Shown: positions 26,927-38,300 of the stretch, one piece after another | Position numbering within the stretch: position 1 is the stretch's first letter | Layout of the letters: the number at the start of each line of letters is the position of its first letter | Assembly (NCBI GenBank): GCA_964513645.1 | Contig: CAZENF010000003.1 | Span: forward strand, 127,914-191,913 | Reading direction: 5' to 3' | DNA from: an uncultured Candidatus Saccharibacteria bacterium | GTDB taxonomy: Bacteria > Patescibacteriota > Minisyncoccia > 2-02-FULL-40-12 > GWA2-44-9 | DNA length: 64,000 nt | Made by a program: the position numbers and the translations under genes | The notes under the pieces: generated by a model | Database searches by the model: none | Told to the model about the DNA's origin: nothing | What the model saw: only the letters and a program-made list of their open reading frames with translations

Positions 26927-27625
26927 ATGAAAAAAATAAAAGTTACAACCAGCTGGGATGACGGCCATATGCTCGACATCCGTATCGCTAAACTCTTGAG
27001 AAAATACAACCTTAAGGGGACGTTTTTTATTTCTCCCAAGGACAGGGAGCTTTCTCCGACCGAACGTTTGACTGGCGGGGAGATAAAAATGCTGTCCAAA
27101 GAATTTGAGATCGGCGCACATACGATGACGCATCCGCTTTTAACCCGCGTTGAGGACCATATCGCCTATAAGGAAATCCTTGATTCCAAGAATTATCTTG
27201 AAAAGATCCTCCACAAACCGGTTAGAAGTTTTTGTTATCCCGGAGGTTTTTATAAAAAGAAACACCAACTTATCCTAAAAAAGCTCGGCTTTAAGTTAAG
27301 CAGGACAGTCAGCAGATTCGAGACTGAAACTGGTTCGAATTTGTTTGCTGTCCCGACAACTGTCCACGCCTACCGTCATTGGTCGGATATCGTTCCGATA
27401 TTTAAAAATGCCGGCTTCAGAAAATTCCTTTCCCGATATCTGAATTGGGATGAACTGGCCATATCCATGTTCGACAAAATAGCCGAGACCGGAGGCGTTT
27501 TTCATCTATGGGGTCATTCCTGGGAAATAGAAAAAAACAATGACTGGGAAAGATTGGAACGAGTTTTTAAACATATTTCAAATCACGCTAACGCCAAATA
27601 TATAACCAATGGAGACGTCGCCTAA
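26927..27625 (+). CDS. Polysaccharide deacetylase (CE4/NodB-like)
   Basis: TTSWDDG, EIGAHT.THP, FCYPGG, HLWGHSWE. Confidence 0.88.
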   Translation: MKKIKVTTSWDDGHMLDIRIAKLLRKYNLKGTFFISPKDRELSPTERLTGGEIKMLSKEFEIGAHTMTHPLLTRVEDHIAYKEILDSKNYLEKILHKPVRSFCYPGGFYKKKHQLILKKLGFKLSRTVSRFETETGSNLFAVPTTVHAYRHWSDIVPIFKNAGFRKFLSRYLNWDELAISMFDKIAETGGVFHLWGHSWEIEKNNDWERLERVFKHISNHANAKYITNGDVA

Positions 27626-30600
27626 AACAATTCTGCTTGTCGCTCCGTATTTTCCTCCTGACGGCGGCGGTTTAGAACGCTATGCCTTCGAGATCGCCAA
27701 GCGTCTCGCTAAAGGCTACAACTGGCGCATCGTCGTGATGGTGTCCGGCAAAAAATATGGTGAGGATACTAAAGAAGAATCAAACGGCCTGACGATATAC
27801 CGATTAGGATATAGTCTCAAAATTTCTAATACTCCATTAGGATTTTTGTGGTTTGGTAAAATTCGCAAAATTTTAAAGACTGAAAAACCAGATATCATAA
27901 ACATCCACACTCCTGTTCCGGGTATCGGAGATATAACTTCTTTTTTAGCGGGCAGCATCCCGACCGTGGTTACATACCATACCGGCAGCATGCTTAAGAG
28001 TAAGATCTTGCCGGATATTGCTGTCCGGTTATATGAGTACGGGCCTATGAGATTACTTCTGAACCAGGCCAAACATATAATTTGTTCGTCTGACTTTGTC
28101 CGTTTTAATTTTCTTGGGCGCTATATTCATAAAAGCACTACTATCACTCCTGCGGTCGATGTAGATATATTTAAGCCAGATGTCTCAAAAAAAGCTAAAG
28201 ACCCGACTGTATTGTTTGTCGCAGGTCTTGGCCATTCAGAACAGTACAAAGGTCTTGCTACTCTTTTGAATGCCATTTCGATGGTCAAAAATGATATTTC
28301 GAATATCCGACTTATTGTGGCCGGAGACGGGGATATGCGCTCAGAATACGAATCCCAAGCGGAAAAATTAGGAATCGGAAGCTCTGTAGATTTCAGAGGT
28401 AAATTAAGCAATGGCAAATTAGTTGCGGCTTATCAGGAAGCTCACATTTTTGTCTTACCGACATCAAATGACAGTTTTCCTTTAACCATCCTCGAAGCTA
28501 TGGCAACAGAATTGCCTGTGGTCTCAACCAGGATCGGTAGCATACCTTCTATAATTGAAAGCGGTCAAGACGGCTTCTTAATTAACGGATTTACTGCAGA
28601 GGCCGTAGCTTCTGATATATCGAAGATAATTAAAGACGAAATCGTTAAATTGAATTTTGGTCTTGCTGGTCGTAAAAAAGTATTAGATAAGTTTAATTGG
28701 AAATTGCGTGCTGATCAATATCAAAACGTTCTGTCATCTATTTCAGAATTTAAATTAAGGACAGTTCGAAAAATAGCTATTGTAACTCCATATTTTTATC
28801 CCAAGATTGGCGGACTTGAAAATTATGCTCTTGAAATGGGCAGAGCTTTAAGGCGCGACGGTAACGATATTTTTGTCATTACCAGTAATCATTTAAACAA
28901 AAAATGGCAATACGAAGAAATAGAAGGTATGAAGATTTATCGCATGCCAAGATTGTTTAAGATATCGAACACGCCGGTAAATCCTTTATGGTATTTATGG
29001 GTCTGGCGTATTTTAAGGCTTGAAAGACCAGATCTTATCAATGCCCATACCCCTGTTCCATTTATTGCCGATGTGACCGAAAGAGTAAGGGGCAATATAC
29101 CCCTTGTTTTAAATTATCACAATGATCTTGTGAAAAGTAATTTGTTTGCAGATCTGCTTTGTCGCATATCCTATATCTTTATGATAAACAAAACACTGCG
29201 TGATGCAGATAAGATAATAGCGACATCTCAATATTACGCTTCGCAATCCAGTTATTTAAGGCCGCTAATCAGTAAAATTGATTTTGTTCCGCCCGGAGTA
29301 GATATTAATAGATATAAACTCAATCTTGATGCACGCTATTTTAAAGAACGTTTTAAAGATTTTCGCACTGTGCTTTTTGTTGGTCAATTGGATAAAACCC
29401 ACAGACACAAAGGTCTGGACGATATAATAAAAGCCGTTGCCGAACTGAGGTCGTCGATAAAAAATATTAAACTTGTTGTTGTGGGTAAGGGTAATAATAT
29501 TGATTCATATAAAAAATATGCTGCTTCTCTTGGTATTGAAAATCAAGTAAGTTTCGAGGGGTTTGTTGAAGATGATGTATTGCCACAATATTATGCGGGA
29601 GCGGACGTTTTGGTCTTGCCGTCCAAAGATAAGTCAGAAGGTTTCGGGATGGTTATAACTGAGGCAGCTGCCTGCGGTACGCCAGCTGTTGCAAGTAGAA
29701 TCGGAGGAATCCCGGCAGCTCTAATAGACGGAGAGACCGGTATCCTGGTTTCACCTAATAATGTTTTACAACTTTCTGCGGCCATGAAAAAAATACTGGA
29801 CAATGGAACTTTTGCCAAAAAGTTAGGTGATAATGCCAGTTTGCGTATTAAAAAAGAGTTTGCATTATCGGTAGTAACAAGCAAATTTGTGGATATAATT
29901 TGTAAGATCGAGAAGAAAATTTCTATACTGCAAGTAGTGCCTTATTATCCACCCCACATAGGAGGAATGGAATTAAGGGTCAGAGATTTATCTACAAACT
30001 TGGTTAAGGAAAAAGTTGATGTTAATGTCATCACTTCTAACATTGGCGCTCAAAGCGGTTATTCTGAACAGAACGGTGTCAAGGTTAACTATCTGCCAGC
30101 ATTCAATTTTGCTAATACTCCATTTACCCCGGGACTTATATGGTACTTGCTTACTGTAAAAAAGCCCGATGTGTTTCACATACACATATCTCAAGCTTTT
30201 TTTCCGGAAATAGCTGCTATTGTTGCGAAAATAAGAGGTATTCCATACATAACCCATATACGTTTACTAGTTGAAGCATCAGGAGTTTTCGGAATTCTTC
30301 TGCCGATATACAGATATTTTGTATTAAAGCCGGTACTTCTTGGCTCAAAATACGTCATAACTTTGACAGAAGACGATAAGGAAATAGTGAATAATAAATT
30401 TAAGGTCCCGTTACCACGGATAAAAGTAATTCCAAACGCTACAGATTTTGGAATCATTGACTCACCAAGAACTATAACCAAACCTCTCAATATCCTTGCT
30501 GTTGGACGTATATCTCTTCAAAAAAATTATTCATTCATGTTGCAGGTTATGAGTGAATTCAAGAAAATATATGGCCCTGATTTTAAGTTAAAAATTGTTG

Positions 30601-31025
30601 GTACTGGTGACGGTTTATATAACCTTAAAAACGAGGCTGAAAAATTAAATCTCAAAAATAATATTCTATTCTTAGACGAAAAAATAGGTTCAGAACTGGA
30701 AGACATATACAGCAAATCTGATATTTTTCTGCATACATCTACTAAAGAAGGTTTTGGTACTGTTTTTATTGAAGCCATGACCAAGGGCTTGCCAGTGGTA
30801 GCTTCAAATATCCCTGGTTCACGTAATGTGATTATGAATGGAAGGAACGGCTTGTTAAGTGATTTTTCCTCTGAGGATATGGCTAAGAAGCTCGAACTTT
30901 TGTGCAGGGATCAATCCTTATACCAAAAAATCAGTGAAAATAATATTTCAGATGTTAAAAAATACAATTGGGACAATGTAGCGACTGATACGATCAACAC
31001 TTACTTACATGCAAGAAATTTTTAA
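27609..31025 (+). CDS. Triple-domain GT4 glycosyltransferase
   Basis: Three GT-B modules starting PYFPPDGGGLE, PYFYPKIGGLE and PYYPPHIGGME, each with a (D/E)xFxxxxxEA motif. Confidence 0.88.
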   Translation: METSPKTILLVAPYFPPDGGGLERYAFEIAKRLAKGYNWRIVVMVSGKKYGEDTKEESNGLTIYRLGYSLKISNTPLGFLWFGKIRKILKTEKPDIINIHTPVPGIGDITSFLAGSIPTVVTYHTGSMLKSKILPDIAVRLYEYGPMRLLLNQAKHIICSSDFVRFNFLGRYIHKSTTITPAVDVDIFKPDVSKKAKDPTVLFVAGLGHSEQYKGLATLLNAISMVKNDISNIRLIVAGDGDMRSEYESQAEKLGIGSSVDFRGKLSNGKLVAAYQEAHIFVLPTSNDSFPLTILEAMATELPVVSTRIGSIPSIIESGQDGFLINGFTAEAVASDISKIIKDEIVKLNFGLAGRKKVLDKFNWKLRADQYQNVLSSISEFKLRTVRKIAIVTPYFYPKIGGLENYALEMGRALRRDGNDIFVITSNHLNKKWQYEEIEGMKIYRMPRLFKISNTPVNPLWYLWVWRILRLERPDLINAHTPVPFIADVTERVRGNIPLVLNYHNDLVKSNLFADLLCRISYIFMINKTLRDADKIIATSQYYASQSSYLRPLISKIDFVPPGVDINRYKLNLDARYFKERFKDFRTVLFVGQLDKTHRHKGLDDIIKAVAELRSSIKNIKLVVVGKGNNIDSYKKYAASLGIENQVSFEGFVEDDVLPQYYAGADVLVLPSKDKSEGFGMVITEAAACGTPAVASRIGGIPAALIDGETGILVSPNNVLQLSAAMKKILDNGTFAKKLGDNASLRIKKEFALSVVTSKFVDIICKIEKKISILQVVPYYPPHIGGMELRVRDLSTNLVKEKVDVNVITSNIGAQSGYSEQNGVKVNYLPAFNFANTPFTPGLIWYLLTVKKPDVFHIHISQAFFPEIAAIVAKIRGIPYITHIRLLVEASGVFGILLPIYRYFVLKPVLLGSKYVITLTEDDKEIVNNKFKVPLPRIKVIPNATDFGIIDSPRTITKPLNILAVGRISLQKNYSFMLQVMSEFKKIYGPDFKLKIVGTGDGLYNLKNEAEKLNLKNNILFLDEKIGSELEDIYSKSDIFLHTSTKEGFGTVFIEAMTKGLPVVASNIPGSRNVIMNGRNGLLSDFSSEDMAKKLELLCRDQSLYQKISENNISDVKKYNWDNVATDTINTYLHARNF

Positions 31026-32931
31026 TAAAAACACATTAATAGGGCAAATAAGCGCATACTATCCGCCCCACATAGGCGGAATTGAAAATGTGGTTGAGGC
31101 TGTTAGTAGGGAATTATCTGTGATGGGTCGGAATGTACAGGTGATTACAGCATCTAACTCACACTTATCAGAAAAAAACCATCCTCGTATAATCGGGTTG
31201 AAATATTTTGAAATTGCTCATGTACCTTTTACTCCCGGGCTTCTTTGGTATCTTTTGATGTTGCCCAAAAATTCTTTAATGCATCTTCATATTGCTCATG
31301 CATTTTTTCCAGAGCAAGTATTTATTGCTTCAAAAATAAGGAAGATACCATATATAGTTCATTTTCATCTCGACGTAGGACCATCGACTTTTTTAGGACC
31401 CCTATTCTTGTTATATAAAAAGATTGTCTGGGGGCCTGTTTTGCGCAGCGCAAGTAAGGTTATCGTTTTATCAAATGAACAATTAAGTTTGGTTTCCAGC
31501 AAGTATGGGGTTAAGAAAGAAAATATCGTCATTGTTTCTAATGGTGTGGGCCAAGAATTTATTAAGATCGGTAAGGAGCGTAAATCGTTTAGCAAAACTC
31601 TGCGTCTTCTGTCCGTCGGTCGTTTAGCAATACAAAAACGTCCGGAACGGCTATTGTATGCCATGTTGTCGTTGAATGTTCCTGTACATATGACTTTTGT
31701 TGGGGACGGTGAAGATAGAGAAAAACTTGAAACATTGGCCCGTGAATTGAAACTGACCAATGTCACTTTTGTCGGAAAAAAATTCGGAGACGAATTACTT
31801 GAGTATTACCGCAATTCAGATGTCTTTTTAATATCTTCAGATGAAGAGGGGATGCCCTTAGTGGTACTCGAAGCCATGGCTTCCGGTCTGCCTGTTATTG
31901 GTACGGATGTCATCGGTACACGTGAACTTGTAAAAGATACAGGGTTGCTTGTAGCCGAGCCATACCTCCAGAATTTTACATATGCCATAAGTAAACTTCA
32001 TTATAATCCAGAATTAGTAAAAGAATTGTCACAAAAAAGTGTTGAGAAAGCCAGTTCTTATACTTGGGCCAGTGCGGTTGAAAAAATAACTAAAATTTAT
32101 ACCGATATTTTAAAAAATGATGTTGTCTCACAAAATCGTAACCGGGAAATTGAGTTCTGGGACAATGTTAGCAAGAGAGATAAAGAATGGATTGTCAGTA
32201 CACCAAAGGAAGAAATCGAACAATTTATAGTTGATAAAATACGGAGAGGAAATACCAGATGGTGGGAGCCGATGATTGGCAAGTTAGAGGGCAAAAAAAT
32301 ATTAGACATAGGGTGTGGTACAACTTTTTTTGCGACATACTGGTCGTTGACGGGTAATGATTCTTTTGGTTCCGACTATTCACCAGAAACTATCAAAACA
32401 AATAATCTTTTACACGAAAAATTAGGATTGAAAAAGAATTTTTATGTTGCTTCGTCCGAGAAAATAGATGCAGCGGATAACTCTTTGGATGTAGTGCATA
32501 TGCGTTGGGTAATACATCATATACCACCAGAATTACAAAATAGCTCTATGTATGAGATAAAACGAGTTCTTAAACCTGGCGGAAAACTTATCGTATTTGA
32601 AACCAATTATGCCTACCCATTTAGATGGATAGTTCAGACACCGATATTGCGTAGTTTAAATTTTTTAAGACATTACGCTATAAATAAAGGTTGGTTAGAC
32701 CCAGAAGAAAAAGCTCTAACCAACGAAGGATATATAAATCTTATTGAGAATAATGGCTTTAAGATAAATATTGTTGACCACGATTTTACGTTCTTCTACT
32801 ACCCAGTAAGTTTATTGACCCGAAATGAATTCATAAGAAACTTAGTTCGGGAGTTTGATAATACAATCAGATCAATTATATCGGATAGGTTTAGTAAGGA
32901 TATTAAAATAATTGCAGAAAAATATGAATGA
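31009..32931 (+). CDS. GT4 glycosyltransferase + class I SAM methyltransferase fusion
   Basis: YYPPHIGGIE, EGMPLVVLEAMASG; C-terminal ILDIGCG, DNSLDVV, RVLKPGG. Confidence 0.85.
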   Translation: MQEIFNKNTLIGQISAYYPPHIGGIENVVEAVSRELSVMGRNVQVITASNSHLSEKNHPRIIGLKYFEIAHVPFTPGLLWYLLMLPKNSLMHLHIAHAFFPEQVFIASKIRKIPYIVHFHLDVGPSTFLGPLFLLYKKIVWGPVLRSASKVIVLSNEQLSLVSSKYGVKKENIVIVSNGVGQEFIKIGKERKSFSKTLRLLSVGRLAIQKRPERLLYAMLSLNVPVHMTFVGDGEDREKLETLARELKLTNVTFVGKKFGDELLEYYRNSDVFLISSDEEGMPLVVLEAMASGLPVIGTDVIGTRELVKDTGLLVAEPYLQNFTYAISKLHYNPELVKELSQKSVEKASSYTWASAVEKITKIYTDILKNDVVSQNRNREIEFWDNVSKRDKEWIVSTPKEEIEQFIVDKIRRGNTRWWEPMIGKLEGKKILDIGCGTTFFATYWSLTGNDSFGSDYSPETIKTNNLLHEKLGLKKNFYVASSEKIDAADNSLDVVHMRWVIHHIPPELQNSSMYEIKRVLKPGGKLIVFETNYAYPFRWIVQTPILRSLNFLRHYAINKGWLDPEEKALTNEGYINLIENNGFKINIVDHDFTFFYYPVSLLTRNEFIRNLVREFDNTIRSIISDRFSKDIKIIAEKYE

Positions 32932-35303
32932 ATAAAGTGCGTATTAAAATCTCGACAATATTAATTGTATCCATAGTTTGGTGGGCGGTCTTTGTGTGCC
33001 TGTCTTTGCTTCAGTTTAATCCGTTTGAAATTCTGAACATTACGGGTTTTCTTTTTCTAATTATTATTCCAGGCCTCTTAACCGTTTTGACTTTGGGTTT
33101 GGCCAATCTTGAATTCTGGGCAGCATCTGCTTTTGTTGTGGCATTCAGTATTTTTGAACTGATGTTAACCGCTCTTCTTGGCAACACCTTTTTGCCTTAT
33201 ATTGGTTTTCCACATCCGTTCCTGCCGAATATACTTATGACCCAGGTCTCGGTCCTGTTCTGGGTCCTGATTGGCATAAATTTATACGACGGAAATAAAT
33301 TTGAATTTAATATCCCGCGCTATTTTATTTTCAAAGACTTTAAGAATTTCTGCTTTGCCACTCTTTCGGTCTTGTTTGTTGTCTTAAGTATTTTCGGCGC
33401 TATACGGCTGAATAACGGGGCAAGTAATATTCTGACTATGATTATGCTCGGTTCTATGGGTCTTTATTTTGCTGTGATGCTTTTTAATCAGGATAAGTTC
33501 GAGGAGAACACGATACTTACAGGTTTGTATTTTATTGCTTTAGCTCTTCTTTTAATGACGAGTCTGCGTGGTTGGTATATTACCGGGCATGATATTCAGT
33601 CTGAATTCAAGGTTTTTCAGTTGCTTAAGGAAGATGCAGTCTGGAATATTGCGGCCTATCGTGATGCATACAATGCCTGTTTAAGCATTACTATTCTTCC
33701 GTCGATATTTTCATTCTTGCTCCGCATTCCTGACCAATACATATATAAACTTCTTTTCCAGATAATATTTGCCTTTTCTGTACCGGTTATATACATGACT
33801 GGACGCAAATGGGCAGGTCCGAGAATTTCTCTCCTTGGAATTTTATATTTCATCGGATTTCCAACATTTTTCACTGATATGCCGTTTCTTATTCGCCAGG
33901 AGACCGCCTTCCTGTTCTATGGGCTTATGCTCTATTCAATATTTGCAGCTGATCTTGAAATATTTACACGCCGGATGCTTTTTATCCTTATGGGCTTCGG
34001 TGTAATATTTTCCCACTACTCTACTACATATACGGTTTTGATGATATTTGGTTTAGCTGTTTTTTTCCGGCCAATACTTATCAAACTATTTGAAAGATTT
34101 GAAGACTCATATCTTGTCAAAAAATCAGGACTTGCGTCTTTGCTTGCTTATAACAGTCATGAAAAAGGTAAGATTACTATGGGCATGATTTTTCTCTTAC
34201 TTGCGGCGAGCTTTTTCTGGACGTCCAGTATCACTCAGACAGGAGGAGGTTTATCCAAAGTAATAAATGAGACAGTCTCAGCAGTGCAAAACGGTTTTGG
34301 AGAGGGGAACCGCTCGATTGATATAAATACGCTTCTTAGTTTCAGCCATCCTGACCAAAACCAAGAAATGCAGGGGTTTATCAAAAATTCAATAGGTAAG
34401 ATACGTGCCCAAGCAAATCCGGGCATATTTTATCCCGAAAAATCTTATAGCCAATACTCATTCTCCGCCTTACCGCAGGAATTAGTGCCTTTAACAGGCG
34501 GAGCTCAATGGCTGATTAATCACGGTATAAACATCGGAAAAATTATGACACTGTTTGGTTCCATTCTCGGAAAGCTGATAGAGGTTCTGGCTCCTTTGGG
34601 TATGATACATGTTTTGTTCAAAAAGAAGGTAGTTACATACATAGATGATGAGATCTATCTTATATCATTTTTCTCATTTGTGTTTATTCTTATGAACATC
34701 GTTTTGCCGGTGCTCTCGACTGAATACGGAATATTCCGTGCAATGCAGCAAGCAATGTTCATTATTGCCCCTATTATAGTATTGGGCAGTATGTCGTTGG
34801 GGGATATTTTGGCCAAAATTATCAGACATTCTAAAACAGCAATTATTTTTGCCACGCTTATGGCTCTGGTATTTTTCACTTATTCCACCTCTTTTGACCG
34901 CGAACTTATCGGCGGCTATTCAGCGGTTCTCCATTTAAGTAATTACGGTACCTATTATGACAACTATCTTATTCATGATGTTGAGGTTGTTGGTGTAGAA
35001 TGGATAACCAATATAGCTACAGCCAACCCGGAGAACATCAACGGAGTCCGGCTCTCGGTTCAAACCGACAGATATTCACGGGCAAAATTCGCATCATTAA
35101 CTACCTTGTCGACGGACAATGATATTTTTCCTGGGGTAGTTAGGAAATCGGCTTATGTATTCTTAAACCTGGCTAACGTAACCAAACAGCGTGCCGTAGC
35201 GTTCTATAATGGCGACCCTATTGCTTATGCTTATCCTGTAAAATTTTTGGATGAAAATAAAAACCTTATCTATGACAGCAACGGAGCCAGGGTTTATAAA
35301 TAA
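32928..35303 (+). CDS. DUF2206-like multi-pass membrane protein (GT-C/polymerase-like)
   Basis: Many TMs; SLRGWYITGHDIQSE, YNACLSITILP, RQETAF, SHYSTTY, NLIYDSNGARVY. Confidence 0.6.
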   Translation: MNKVRIKISTILIVSIVWWAVFVCLSLLQFNPFEILNITGFLFLIIIPGLLTVLTLGLANLEFWAASAFVVAFSIFELMLTALLGNTFLPYIGFPHPFLPNILMTQVSVLFWVLIGINLYDGNKFEFNIPRYFIFKDFKNFCFATLSVLFVVLSIFGAIRLNNGASNILTMIMLGSMGLYFAVMLFNQDKFEENTILTGLYFIALALLLMTSLRGWYITGHDIQSEFKVFQLLKEDAVWNIAAYRDAYNACLSITILPSIFSFLLRIPDQYIYKLLFQIIFAFSVPVIYMTGRKWAGPRISLLGILYFIGFPTFFTDMPFLIRQETAFLFYGLMLYSIFAADLEIFTRRMLFILMGFGVIFSHYSTTYTVLMIFGLAVFFRPILIKLFERFEDSYLVKKSGLASLLAYNSHEKGKITMGMIFLLLAASFFWTSSITQTGGGLSKVINETVSAVQNGFGEGNRSIDINTLLSFSHPDQNQEMQGFIKNSIGKIRAQANPGIFYPEKSYSQYSFSALPQELVPLTGGAQWLINHGINIGKIMTLFGSILGKLIEVLAPLGMIHVLFKKKVVTYIDDEIYLISFFSFVFILMNIVLPVLSTEYGIFRAMQQAMFIIAPIIVLGSMSLGDILAKIIRHSKTAIIFATLMALVFFTYSTSFDRELIGGYSAVLHLSNYGTYYDNYLIHDVEVVGVEWITNIATANPENINGVRLSVQTDRYSRAKFASLTTLSTDNDIFPGVVRKSAYVFLNLANVTKQRAVAFYNGDPIAYAYPVKFLDENKNLIYDSNGARVYK

Positions 35304-35304
35304 T

Positions 35305-38300
35305 ATGAAATTCATAATCGTAAATTCATTTCACAGAGACGACAAAGGTGACGCAGCGCTCACCCATGTTTTGATCGATCAGCTTTTATCCATCGACCCG
35401 AAGGCCGACATTGCTGTTTCGAGCATGGAGGAACCGTCCAACTACCCTTCATTTTATAAGGGACGCAATATCGGTTCTATCGAGCTTTATTCATCCTCAC
35501 AAATTCACCCCGGCTTGAGCCATATATTTTACAAAGTGTACTCGTTCTTAGCATTGTTTTTAACCGCCGAGGCTGGTAAAAAATTCTCATGGGTATTATC
35601 CAAAGACCTCGCTAAGATATACGAAGAATACAGAATAGCTGATATGATAATTTCTGTCGGAGGCGGATACTTTACAACTAAGCCTAACTTTGGCAGCCGT
35701 CTGCATTTGCTGTTTGCTCTTGAAACGTTAATGCTTTGCAAACGCATGGGCCTTAAAGTTGTTACCGCTCCGGTATCGGTCGGGCCGTTTCAGTATTCAT
35801 ACGAAGCCAGATATGCTTCCCGAATACTTAAAAAAATGGACTTGGTGATGTTGCGGGAAGATGTAAGTAAGAAATATTTTGTTGATAAGGAAGACAACCT
35901 GCCGGAAAACATTATTCGTGTACCTGACAGCGCTTTTGCTTTTAATCCGGAAGGGGATTTTGATTTGCGCGGTCTGGTTAAGGTAAAACCTGAACAAAAA
36001 ATTCTTATTTTAAGCGTACGCAACTGGCTCTTGTCGGATAAACAATCAGTTTACGAAAAAGCCCATGCCGATCTAATTGACCACATTGCTCAAAAATATC
36101 CGGATATTTTGCCAGTATTCATAAATCAATGCACCTTTCCTGATGTCAGTGAAGATGACCGTCTTGTTGTCGAAAGGATAATGGCGATGTCCAAGTCGAA
36201 AAAAGCGGCGTTTATTGCCGAAGATCTCGACTATATAAAGGTAAAACTTGCATATAAGCAGGCGGATTTTGTGATAGGTACGAGATTTCATGCCATGGTA
36301 TTCGGTCTGGCTTATCAGGTACCGGGAATTGCAATTGAGTATGAACATAAAACCCGCGGTATTATGCGTGACTTAGGTCTTGAAGAATGGGTAATTTCTA
36401 TTAGCAAAGTAACTTCAGAAAAACTTATTCAGCTATTCGGCGATATAGTAAAATTCCGAGAATTTTATAAAGAGCATTTGAAGAAGATAATGCCAGGGTA
36501 TAGTCACTCCACCGACAACGCCGTGAATATACTTTTAAATGTACTTCGAAAAAGAAACGAAGTTTATGTTCCCGGTAAAATAAGTCAAAAAATTAATAAA
36601 ATAATTTCTAAATTATATAACGACAGCTTATACAGAAATTCTTTTTATCTTATATTGGCCACCGCCGTTTTAGCCGGATTTGGATTTTTCTTCTGGCTCA
36701 TCAGTGCCCATTATATTTCGGCGGAGCAGATAGGAATTGCTACTGCTCTTATCTCGGCAATGAATATTATTGCCATTTTAAGTTTGATAGGTTTTGACAG
36801 CGCTATTGTCAGGTTTTTGTGGCATTCAACTAAGCGGAATGACAAACTCAATACCGCAATTATCTTGGTTGGTTCGGCTGCAACCCTGTTAAGCACAGCT
36901 TTCCTGTTGTTCTTGCCTTATATATCACCTAAGCTCGAATTTATCAGAAATAGTCCGCTAACTCTTTTTGCATTCATAATTTTCTGTGTCATGTCGTCTA
37001 TAAATATCCTTACCGATGCTGTTTTTTTGGCGTATCGAAAAACTGATTTTTCAATGATTATAAATACGATCTTCAGTTTCGTTAAAATGCTGTTGCCTTT
37101 GCTTTTTGTAAGATGGGGTGCATTTGGGATATTTTCAGCCGCTGCCATCGGCCAGTCGGTCGGGTTCATTTTGAGTATTTTTGCGATGATATGGAAATTT
37201 GATTATAAACCTAAATTTGTTGTGAATATGGAAATAGTCCGCGAGGTCTGGGATTATTGCGCCGCTAATTATGTGGCCGGTATTTTTAACCTTATCCCGG
37301 TAATGCTTTTGCCCATAATTATTACTAATCACCTCGGTTCGGCCCAAGCGGCCTATTTCTATATCGTTATGATGATAGCTAACCTCCTTTATGTTATTCC
37401 GCAGGCCGCCAATCGTTCTCTTTTTGCCGAGGGAGCTTTTGATGAAAAATCTTTCCATAAAAACATAGACAAAGCCGTTAAGATGATAGGCATATTACTT
37501 TTGCCGGCAATAATTATCTTTATTCTGGGCGGCAATTTTATACTTTCATTTTTCGGTAAAAATTATTCCGCCGAGGGCATCAATTTCTTTTATCTTGTTA
37601 TTTTTTCAGGTTTATCGGTAAGCATGTATTCTCTCTCAAACTCATTGTACCGGGTCAAGAAACAACTTACCCCGCTTATTATTTCAAACGCTGTCTATGC
37701 CTTCACGATCTTAGCTACCGCTTATCTCTTGCTTGATCACGGTCTGGTCGGCATTGGTCTTGCCTGGTTTGCCGGTAATACTTTGGCCTGTGTCGGATAT
37801 TTATTTTATATGAAAGAAGCTGAATATAAAATGATAGGCCGCGGTTGGCAGTATACGGTCTATGATATGGGAAATAGCAGAGTAGAAAAGAAGTATAATT
37901 CAATTTTTTTGTCCTATTTTATGATGTTTAAGGACGCGTTCAGGTATTTAAGGATGCCGGACCTGGCTTTCAGGAAGTATTATCGGGAAACTCAAAAAAT
38001 AGCCATGAACTCTCTTGAAAAAGTAATGGCTTCTCCTCTTGATAAAAATTTGTTCGGTAATCCGAAAATGATAGGAACTGTTGGATATGAGCAGGACCAC
38101 CTTAAGTCTCTTGGTAAGTATTTTATGGAACATAGCGCGGACGAATCAAAGGATAAGATAGACCGGGTGGTCAAATTTTGTCTGATGCTGTTCGAGCACT
38201 CATTGGCGGAAAAATATTTTAATATAGCAGACAATTTTGGTCTGGATGCTTCAGGTAATATCGTGTTGATAGATCTTGGGGAAATTATTGATTCGCGGGA

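Noticed and set aside
26377-27099. 240-aa minus-strand ORF and other long antisense ORFs (e.g. 1466-2128, 17413-17889)
   Set aside because: Overlap well-supported genes on the opposite strand and show no recognisable motifs
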